From assembly GCF_001194135.2 (NCBI RefSeq), contig NC_068982.1, positions 8,781,788 through 8,845,787 of the forward strand: DNA of 64,000 nt, read 5' to 3'. The DNA comes from Octopus bimaculoides. Taxonomy: Eukaryota. Position numbers and translations under genes: made by a program. Within the stretch, counting starts at the first letter, position 1; each line of letters begins with the position of its first letter. This document shows, one piece after another, positions 53,792 to 64,000 of this stretch. The notes under the pieces are model-generated. The model had not been told where the DNA came from and ran no database searches. It was given only the letters and a program-made list of their open reading frames with translations.

Positions 53792-55509
53792 GAGAGAGAG
53801 AGAGATAAATAGATGTATATAATGATGCATGCATTAGTTTTTAAAACGTCTCGATACACTAGTTTTAAATGGTATCCCTTAAGTTTGGAAAAGATATCTC
53901 GTTCAATATTCACACAAAATCTGGATGAGTCTGGAAGCCGAGCATGGAACTACTGATCTCTAATACTCATGCATGCAAAACTATATGGGCGCGTCAGCAC
54001 GCCCACATATACAACTATATACTTGCACAAACCACTCCTTCCTCTTCCACCCACCAATATTGTGACCGACGTCTAGTCTATCTCCTGTCCTCCACGTGGT
54101 TAATTTCCCGTTCGCCATGCAGTATATAGACTCTATTTGTAAATACATACATGCATATACACAAACTTATATATATCTGTGAGCATTTATTTTTCTAAAT
54201 CTGAGGTTTTTTTCAATTTTTAAGTGCATATTTCAAATTAATGGATAAAAGAAACAATTTTTTTTAAAGATTTTGATTTGCAGTTAGACTAAAATGATGA
54301 AGTCATTCCAACAGTACTTCCTTTCTTAATTACGTTTTCAAAGCATCCAAACTTTTCTTTTTCCCCCAGATAGAAAATATTCAATATTGAGATAATTTTA
54401 ATTTTGTGAATTTATATGAATAGGCTGAAACAAATTTTCAAACTGATTAATCTATACATCTATGTTAAAATTTTATGTAACACCGTTTTATTTCAGTTAT
54501 GCGACGCAATACTGTGTGGTTTGTAGAGAATATTCAGCATGATGGTTTGAGAGGGTTCTTTTCAAACAACCAATCTGTAATTCATTGAAAACATACAAAA
54601 TAAACTGACATTAGAAAAAGTCTTTTTTTTTTTTCTTTTTACAGGCATTATTGCTTCAAAGCAAGTTCCTCTGCTTTGGTGTTTAACTATTTCTCAGTTG
54701 AATAATTAAACTGCTAACACAGCTTATTAGACATGACGTTTCCAGAGATATCTATGATCTTCTAACCTTAGAAATAGTAATTGTTTAGAGTGAGCTATCT
54801 TGAAGTCACGAACACTTCTGATCAGAGATATACGCAGATATTTAACGAAATGCTGAAAGTTTTGATCTCTAGATATAACATTAATTCACATCCCACTGCC
54901 TTCGTAGTTACTCTGTGTTTTCAAATACGCTATGTTTTCTGTGTAGTGTATAAAACGAAAATATATGATGCCTGCTTTTGATGTGTTACATAAGCGTTTT
55001 CAATTAGATGAAGCTGTTTGTGACTCTGAAGAGGTATTTCTCACCAAATCTCGTTTCTTTGAATTTCTATGGAAACATAAAACTGTCTTATGTATATTTT
55101 GTATTATATCAGAGATTCCTGTATAATTTATCTCTACGTCTAAATCATATACAAAGTGTTTGAATAAATGTATGTTTTGATTGTAGAGAAATGACTAGCT
55201 TTCCCAATAGCCAACAAAACAGTTCCGCACATTACAATAGTCGAGCTGGACATGCACTTGTAGATAAGCGGACACCATGTAAGCAAATGCTTGGGTCATT
55301 TGGATTCGGGGAGATCAGAGGATTATATGGAACCGTCAACTGTAGCTAGCTGGAAACTAAACTATATAAGGAAAACTGCTTCAGCCATATGGTCAATTAT
55401 TTGGTATAATTTCATCTCATTTGTACGTTGCTTCCCCTTCAATTAAAAAAAATAGTTTTATATTAATCCCATATAAATGGAGAATTGTCCTTTTAATATC
55501 GCCTTCATC

Positions 55510-55895
55510 CATGTTAAATAATATCATCATCATCCAGTAAATATCATCATCAAATAAATATCATCGTCATCAAATAAATCAAATAAATATCATCGTCATC
55601 AAATAAATCAAATAAATATCATCATCATCATCAAATAAATATCATCGTCATCAAATAAATCAAATATATATCATCATCATCAAATATATATCATCATCAT
55701 CAAATAAATATCATCATCATCATCAAATAAACATCATCGAATAAATCAAATAATCATCATCATCATCAAATAAATCAAATAATCATCATCATCATCGAAT
55801 AAATCAAATAAATATCATCATCATCAAATAAGCATCATCATCATCATAAAATAGACATCATCATCAAATAAATATCATCATCATCATCATCATCG
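55510..55895. repeat. Complex (ATC)n/(AAAT) minisatellite
   Basis: Irregular units of atcatc(g)tcatcaaataaat(caaataaat). Confidence 0.95.
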
Positions 55896-57659
55896 TTACT
55901 ATTATTCTTATTAAGCTAGTACATGATAATTGAATTGCAAGTATTTTGATTTGTTTTCAAATCTCAAAAATGATCCTTAGGATTCTTGCAGGATCTGAGG
56001 GTCGACAATGAAAGTCTCAATTCGAGTGTCTTTCAGTTTTTTTTTTTTTTTTTTTTTTTACATGTAGCATTCTGGTTTTTGTGGCAAGTTCAATAATTAC
56101 CCCCAGAATAGTTTTGTCTTAGTACTTCATAGTCTCCTCAGTTCTCTTGCGAGGTCCTGATATGTCTCAATTTTTTCTCACTTCCTTTGGTATCAACTCT
56201 ACTATATTAACAAACCACAAAATACCTATAAATTTGATACGAGGACAGATATATAGTTGCAGTTATTCTTCTTATAATCATTTCTATTTGATATTTACCG
56301 TATTTGCTCGTTAGTCACAGGGCACCACTCAGACATCTGAAGTAGATAACGGATATCATGTTCTCAATACAGCATATGATATATGATATCAATAAGCGCT
56401 AGTACTCTATAAATTAATTTTAAAACTCTCTTGTATACACAAGTGCCCAATAAAAATGTCATATGGCTGAAATTTAAGTTGACAGTGCTCTCCATAAAAT
56501 GTTTGCAGTGTCTGTTAGCGTAATCATCTCTAAAGAATTACTTTTTCTTGTCCTCATGTCTACGAGTTTTTCTCCTTCTGTCTTTACTATTCAGTGAGTC
56601 ACTACGACAACAGCTCTAGTAGTAGATTTCATCTTCTACACTTTGGCAAACAATCATTTCATATTAAATCGCACAAAAGCGACATCAAGAAACAAACAAA
56701 CTTTAAGAATTGATCACAAATAAATAAATGAATGATCTAATGACTAAATAAATCACAATAAGCAGACATACTGTCAAGTACAGATCGTTGCAAATTAATG
56801 TGTGATTGGTAAATTTACAAGACGTATAAAAGTAATGGTCAGACTAACAAAAACGAAGAGAATAATGTAGAATACGTTTATAACTCTAGTACTATCATTA
56901 ACATGCAACATCGTCGCATAAATCAACCGGAAAACAAGAAAACTGTCTGACAAAGCTTTGTAAGTGAGAACATTGTACTTTTGTTGGAATCATTGGATTT
57001 GAGAGAAACAAAAATTGAATGTTGCCTACTTAGGTGTCATCTTGTTTTCAGGTTTCCTTAAATTAGTTCTGTTTTGCGATGATGTATTTTCTATAATCCT
57101 TTGATCCTTTTCACCAATTATTTGGGGCGACATAATAAATAAAACAAAATCTCCGTCTAATTGTTTATTCTTATTTTTATGCCACTTCTTTTTGAATACT
57201 TATTTTGCGACACGATTGCTTAAGTTTTCGTTGTATGTTAAATGGAGTCTTTTAGACCAAATTCTAGGGCCATTCACATTCAGAGTTGAATCCTCAGAGG
57301 TCAACTTTCACTTTTCATGCCTGTAGAGCCTTTATAATCGACTTAAGACTTCCCCTGATAACTGCTGCAGTTCTGCCTAAATTAGAATTTATCACTATTT
57401 GAAATGCTAAAGGATTGCTGGTATCATCATCAAGGTCATCATCAGTACTACATCAGTAGACTTGCAGAATCGTTCAAATACTTTGTGTTCTACGTTCGAA
57501 TAAGTTTCTAACGCCGTTCGATAATTTATAAGTTTAAATTACGCCGATATCAGCTTCACTTCTCGTACTTCCCGGGTCGAGAGAACAAAGTACAAATACT
57601 GCATTCGATATTATAGGTGCCCTATGACAACCCCCACCACCTATACTTGTCTTCGGCTT

Positions 57660-57950
57660 ATTTACTACTACTACTGCTACTACTACTACTACTGCTGCTT
57701 TTGTCGCTAATGCTACCGGTACCTCTGGTGATAATACTGTTGCAGCTACTACCACTGTTCTCCTCCTCCTTCCCAACTCCGCTTACTCCTGTTATTGCTA
57801 AATTGCTGCTGCTGCCCTCTTTTTCCCTCCTCCTCTTACTACTGCTGTTGCTGGTGCTGGCCTCCTCCTCCTCCTCCACTCCTCCTCCCCTTCCTCCTCC
57901 TCCTCCTCCTCCTCCTACTGCTACTACTGTTGCTACTGCCACCGCTTCTA
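57660..57950. repeat. Trinucleotide low-complexity tract (CTA/CTG/CCT)
   Basis: Seen directly; explains the poly-L, poly-P and poly-G ORFs. Confidence 0.9.
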
Positions 57951-58583
57951 CACTTAATTATTAACCGTAACCATATTTTATTCTACCGAAATGATACTTG
58001 GTTATTTCCTAATCATAAAAGTCTAACTAATCACTTCTTCTAACCGTTTCTAAAGTCAAAACCGTGCGTTTTCAGGCTCTGTGTAGATCGAAGGAAACGG
58101 TTTGCGGTGTGTAAGAGACAACGTACGTACTGACGCTTCAATGTGAAAAGTACACACACGTTCCATGAGGATCCTCGTTATTCAAATCCTAATATGATTT
58201 GTCCTATTTCATATCCATTTACAATATTTCACGCTAATATTCTTTGTTCAGTAAACTCGATTACATTATGAGCTGGCTTTTCTCTTTGTCCACGGCTTCC
58301 GCCTTTATTATCGGCATCGAAATGAAAATGTTCTCCTCCATAGGAATCTCCTTTTTTCCCCTTTCTTTTTCTGTTATATTTCAACTCCTACATGTGGCTT
58401 ATCTAAACTTTTGTGCTAACACGATACTGATAGATTTTTGTTTGGGGAATTCTGCTTGCTTAAGACTTGCTATTAAATTGTTTGAGTTGTGATGTGCGGT
58501 TCATATAATAAATGTAATATAATCAAATTCTGTCAAATGCTGCTGGGCTGGATCGAATTCTACAATTGGTCCATTTTCATAAA

Positions 58584-58615
<32 letters not shown>

Positions 58616-59544
58616 TTACACACCTCACATTTACATACATCTATAAATAAATATATGTAATACATTTTATATACATCGATATATATATATATGCATATAT
58701 ATATATATCATACACTTGTCATACATACTCAAGCACAAACACATATACATACATGTATAGATATACGTAATACATCTCTTATATACATCTATATATATGA
58801 CTATATATATATATATATATATATATATCATAACTGTCATATACATGCACACACACACACACATACACACACGCATACACACAAATATATAATCGCCAAA
58901 TATATATATATGTGTGTATGTGTGTGTGTGTATGCGCGAATGTAATGATACACATACGCACACACATGTATGTATGTATACAAGGAATGCTAATACCTTC
59001 CACTGTATTTTGCAAAGTTGTAATGGAATACATAAATTTCTGTATTCAGAAGTTTTACGAAATGAGTCGATAGTTACGTGCTGAATAGCAAATTAACCTC
59101 CCAATCCCGAAAAAGTGCGTAGAAAGTTTCTTAGAAGTTGCAATAAAAGAAAGTGTTTATAAGAGGCGAAATCCCGTTCACCGATAAGAGAATGTGTGAA
59201 GATCTAAGAAGTGTATTTTATCTTCAGAATAGATATATATTTTCTTTGATTTCCAGTTACTTCTGTGAAGTATTGTTATTTTCCAAAGAATCATTTTTGA
59301 TTCATTATTATCAAAAGAATCTAAGTTAATATGCTTCTGTTGGTATTGGCATATTTCTTATTTCTTGTCTGGTTTTGGCCACATTCAAATTCATAACAAT
59401 AAATGTATTATATTATGAAGGTAGGAGCACATGTTTTAACGTAACTTACTTGTTCTTCCAAGTATATCAATATTGTTATTATTATTATTATCATTGTTGT
59501 TGCTGCTGCTGATGATGATGTTGATGTTGTTGTTGTTGTTGTTA

Positions 59545-59720
59545 AGGCAGCTAGCTGCATAACCGTTTGCAGTATTTCACGTGTCTTTGTGTTCTGAGTT
59601 CAAATTCCACCGATGTCGCCTTTGCCTTTCATCTTTTCGGAGTCGGTACATTAAGTACCTGTGAAATCGATTAGGCCTTTCCACCAAATTTCAGGACATG
59701 TGCCTATAGTAGAAAAGATA
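59545..59720 (+). mobile_element. SINE family A
   Basis: gttctgagttcaaattccaccgatgtcgcctttgcctttcatcttttcggagtcgg... with the standard tail. Confidence 0.85.
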
Positions 59721-59736
59721 AAAATAATAATAATAA

Positions 59737-60690
59737 TTATTATTATATGAAAACTTACAACTTATTTTGTTGGATCTGATGGGAAGTGTCACCTGTTCAC
59801 AACCAGCAAACTAAGGTGACGCTTGTTTGCTGGTCATGCTTGAAGAAATCTGCAATGAATTCTTATAGTTCCAAGCTATACTGACTTTTGAAGGTGTTCT
59901 ACCTTCACACGCAGCAATTTTTCTCAGCCATGCTGGTAATTGAGTGTTGATACTTCAAGTACACCAATTACTATTGGTTTCACGTCTGCTCTCCTCAATG
60001 ACCACAAACTTCGTATTTTCCACTTCAAATCATCATAGTTGTTAATATTTCTTTTACTTTCAAATTGATCCAATTGTCACCGGGGCATGCTATGTCGATT
60101 ACCATGCATCTTCTTTCTTTTTTATTCACCACAACAGTGTCCAGTTTACGATGTCTGGTTAGGTGATCTCACTGGATCATTGGATCCCACAGGATTTTGC
60201 AATTCTCATTCTCGGTGACTCCTTCTCGGGTTTGCTCATACCATGTCTTTGCTTTTTCTAGACGTGATTTCCACAGAGCTCCCAATAGATCTTTCTTGCC
60301 ACATTGTCATGGCGCCGTTTGTATACGCATTCTGCAAATTTCGGTCATTCGCTAACGATGTGTCATGCCGTTTCACACCTCTCACCAAACATTCTGCATT
60401 TGTTGTTGTCTATTCTGCACTTCAGATGTTGGTCTTTAAATCTTGTTCTTGAGCTGTGCGTATGAGTGCTTCTGTCTCTATATTCAGGTCACCCCTCCTC
60501 ATCCATAGACCCCGGTCCTCTGTATCTGCCTTGGCGTTTACATCTCTTGCAAACTGACCGTACATTTTTTTCCTTCTATGGTTTTTCTTTTTCGTGTCCA
60601 TTTCTTCTTTAAATCTATATTCCATTGCACAATTTCCATTTTTGATGACGCCGGCCTTCTTAGTATGTTTCAACAATGGCTGTACGGAAT
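59737..60690 (-). mobile_element. R4/Dong-like 5'-truncated copy with (TAA)n tail
   Basis: MYGQFARD...WMRRGDLNIETEALIRTAQEQDLKTN, later PIVIGVL...VEHLQKS..LGT, a short UTR, then taataataa. Confidence 0.88.
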
Positions 60691-60779
60691 TTTTTATCTT
60701 TTCTTTCTTCTTCTTCTTCTCATTATCATCATCATCATCCTGAAAAACTCTCGGATAGTTCTTAATTACCGGTTATTCT

Positions 60780-62158
60780 TTACCTGAAAGCAGGCAATAA
60801 CAAATCACCAAAGGTTTCAAGTAGTGCCTTCCCCTGTGACTCAAAGACAATAATCTCCTTAGAATTCGAGCCTGACTGCAACTCCAATATTCTTAATCTT
60901 TTGCAAAGCCCTTGGAAACTGCTCTTAATGCTGCAATTACCATTGGTAGCACCATTACTTTCTTCTTGAGCCATAACTTTCCCATCTCATCCTGCGGTGG
61001 CTGGGATTTCTCAATCTTTTTTGTTTCCTTACATTTCACCCTCGAATCGCCTGGTATTGCAACATCTGTTATCTTTACTTCTTTTACATACTTATGGATG
61101 ATCACGATATCTGGTCGTCTCGACTCTATGACTTGGTCTCAGTGTATGTTAAAATCCCAAAGGATTTTGTAATGTCTGTTTTTTATTACTCCTTCTGCTT
61201 TTTGCACATACCATTGTTCGGCACTTTCGAGGTTTGCTTTACCGCACAGAAGCCAGTGGTCATATCTGACCACATTGTCGTGTCTCTTTTTGTATTTGCG
61301 CTGTGCGAGCTTATAACAGTCACTAACAATATGGCTTATACTTACTCCTTTCTCAGAGCGCATCCTACACTGTGTCAACGTGATATTTGGAGTAGTTGGC
61401 TCTGAGAGCTTGTTCTTAAGTGCTGCACACCAATGTTTCAGTGAGCCTTTTAAGTCTCCTTTCTGCAGCCAATGCCAGGTTCTATTCCAATCAATCTCAT
61501 TTTTATTTTTCAAAAACTGACTATGTTATTTTCTTGTCCTGCCAAATGTTCTTCATCTGCTCTCTCTGGTCTTTCTTAAATTGTGTTGGATCTATGGCTT
61601 CGTTCATTTTTAAGGTTCCCTGCATTTTCACTGCTTCAATCCTTTCTTCTTTTACTCCCCTTGACATACCAAGCCAGGCTCTTTTCCTCTTCCCTGACAC
61701 AACCTTCACAACGCTTCAATCCCCATCATCCTTCTTTTCTCGTAACATACAATCTTGAAACATCACTCTTGGGGTGTAGTTCCTTGTTCATTGTCATTAA
61801 TTTTCGCGTTCTCCGATCTATCTCTTGTAATTCATGTTTTGTCCAAGATACTATTCCATCCCCCATATCTCATCAAAGAAACCACCCACGTGTTAATTGC
61901 TCTAATCTTATAGCGGCCATTTAGCTTTGATTGGAGCGCAAGCCGAGTTCTCCTCAAATACTCTTTCCTGTACATTTCTTTCATCTTGTGTTCATTCATA
62001 TTATCTCTTTCAATGATGCCCAGGAACTTATATCCTTCCTCTCCGACTTCCTTTATAGTTTCAGCACTTTCCAGCTTGATCTCATGGCTTTTAACGATTT
62101 TCCCCTTGTTGAGAATCATTACACCACATTCTCGATCCAAATTCCATGCCAATATCAG
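60780..62158 (-). mobile_element. R4/Dong-like 5'-truncated copy (end of RT, zinc knuckle, RLE)
   Basis: GYKFLGI...EYLRRTRLALQSKLNG..KIRAINTW..S.MRY, SHIVSDCYKLAQRKYKKRHDNV and RRPDIVII...ITDVAIPGD...KK.EK. Confidence 0.92.
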
Positions 62159-62910
62159 TTATTATTATTATTATTATTATCATTCTTCTTCTTCTTATTC
62201 ATCATCATCATCATCATCATTTGTGTTACTTTATTTTTTAAGGCTTTTTTGACGATACTGTTTCTATCAACATTCATTTGCTTTCAATGAAATTTAAGTT
62301 AATTTCTTTGCTTTTAACAATAAATGCCATATAGTACAATCAGAATTATATTATATGTATAAAATAATGTGTTTGTACTATAAAATCAATAAACAAATGA
62401 ATAGATATTCGGTAAATAAATATCAGCCACACAACTTGTTGCAGAATCAGTAATTATGCGATCATTTTCATGAATCACTTTCGAATGATACTGAAATTTT
62501 CGCAATTCGATGTCTTTATAGATAAATCATAAAATGAAACATTATACCTTCACGGATATAAGTGACTAATTTGTCAATATAATTAATACTTACGGTTATT
62601 TATATCTAGCCTCTGTACCGCATAATAATAGTATATTTATTTCACTTAATAGCACCTTTTATGACGAGTGCACTTGAATGTACAACCTCTAATAAATTTA
62701 TAGGCAATATATTTTTCCCAGACTAAGATGATGTAGCAACTCAATAGTAGAGATCATATGTGCGTGCGTATATATATACATACATATATATATATATATA
62801 TATATTTATGTATATATATACATTTATTTATTTAGATAGATTGACAGATAACAGATATGTGTGTGTGTGTGTGTGTATATATATTTGCATACATACACAT
62901 ACATATATAC

Positions 62911-63276
62911 ATATCTTTACTTTTCTCAGTCATTTGACTGTGGCCATGCTGGAGCACCACCTTTATTCGAGCAAATCGACGCCAGGACTTATTCTTTGTA
63001 AGCCTAGTGGTTATTCTATCGGTCACTTTTGCCGAAATCGCTAGATAACGGGGACGTAAACACATCAGCAACGGTTGTCAAGCAATGTTGGGGCGACACA
63101 CATACATACATATATAGGACGGGCTTCTTTCAGTTTCCGTCTACCAAATCCATTCACAAGGCTTTGGTCGGCCCGAGGCTATAGTAGAAGACACTTGCCC
63201 AAGGTGCCATGCAGTAGGACTGAACCCGGAACCATGTGGTTTGTAAGCAAGCTACTTACCACACAGCCACTCCTAC
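62911..63276 (-). mobile_element. SINE family B (CORE-type), full length and young-looking
   Basis: Reverse complement aggagtggctgtgtggtaagtagcttgc...gggttcagtcctactgcatggcaccttgggcaagtgtc...gctccagcatggccacagtcaaatgactgag. Confidence 0.93.
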
Positions 63277-63434
63277 ACTTATATATAAGTAATTACTTGA
63301 ACTTTGAGATTACGGTTAATAGTGTACCGATTAAAGCACTTTCACCGTTTAGGTTACCTGAGGTCATCCACAGTTTGGATATGTCATTGGATCTACCTCA
63401 GGAATTCCTGGAGTTCATGGAGTGATATATATAT

Positions 63435-63474
<40 letters not shown>

Positions 63475-63637
63475 ACTTTATTTAAGCAGTTTGATGTGTG
63501 ACTTAATACTTTACAGACTTCTTTGAGAAACGTAGCAATTTTAGGCTCACATTACTATGCTTGTTATGTACTTAAGTTGAGGCAGCAGGTTTTTCCAATA
63601 TTGTCCGCTCAGCTCAATGTTAGGTGCATAAAAACCC

Positions 63638-63821
63638 AATAGGCAACAAGCATGTCCAGGTATCAGTGCATTACAACCGTTTCAAGCAACTGCAGTCAAT
63701 CGATCAATGCAAATATTACATCAATTATTTGAAATTAATATAATGTTTGCATTGAACGATTATACGGAGACGCTAGAAACGGCCGTAATTCACTGATACC
63801 TGGACATCCTTGTTGCTTATT
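63638..63821. mobile_element. Small foldback MITE (about 45-bp TIRs plus an inner inverted repeat)
   Basis: gcaacaagcatgtccaggtatcagtgcattacaaccgtttc mirrors gaaacggccgtaattcactgatacctggacatccttgttgc; inner tcaatgcaaatatta / taatgtttgcattga. Confidence 0.8.
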
Positions 63822-63834
63822 TGCTTTACATTAT

Positions 63835-64000
63835 GTATGTATATATATATGTATCTATGTATATATATATATGTATGTATCTATGTATATATATATATGT
63901 ATGTATCTATGTATATATATATATGTATGTATCTATGTATATATATATATGTATGTATCTATGTATATATATATATGTATGTATCTATGTATATATATAT
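63835..64000. repeat. Tandem repeat of about 26 bp (atatatatatatgtatgtatctatgt)
   Basis: Seen directly. Confidence 0.95.

Noticed and set aside
57534-58043. Mucin-like or poly-P/poly-L ORFs
   Set aside because: Trinucleotide simple repeats, open in several frames on both strands, with no convincing splice context.

Overview
Eukaryotic, very AT-rich, microsatellite-saturated genomic DNA with eight N-gaps. The repeat families and the (AT)n/(GT)n density point to a cephalopod genome, most likely Octopus (inference from recall, not a database search). I find no intact, identifiable protein-coding gene, and no rRNA, tRNA gene or CRISPR array. Most ORFs in the supplied track are translations of microsatellites or gaps. 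The window is mainly a nested transposon graveyard: three tRNA-derived SINE families (about 20 copies); fragments of CR1-like, Tx1/L1-like, RTE, R4/Dong (four coding fragments) and Penelope-like retroelements; a decayed piggyBac transposase; hAT and pogo/Tigger MITEs; two Helentron-type (HINE) elements; and several foldback elements. Weak candidate exons on the minus strand (8047-8206, 1181-1246) suggest the window may be intronic to a host gene. The most interesting observations are: (1) a 1.6-kb, apparently complete ORF1-only (gag/zinc-knuckle) retroelement nested in a SINE, whose 3' end resembles the tail of a variant SINE copy; (2) recurrent Penelope-type minimal hammerhead-like motifs, some inside inverted-repeat elements; (3) a near-perfect 260-bp hairpin; and (4) head-to-tail stacking of Dong-like elements at (TAA)n tracts with a reiterated 3' end. 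None of these demonstrates a new biological system; they are testable leads.
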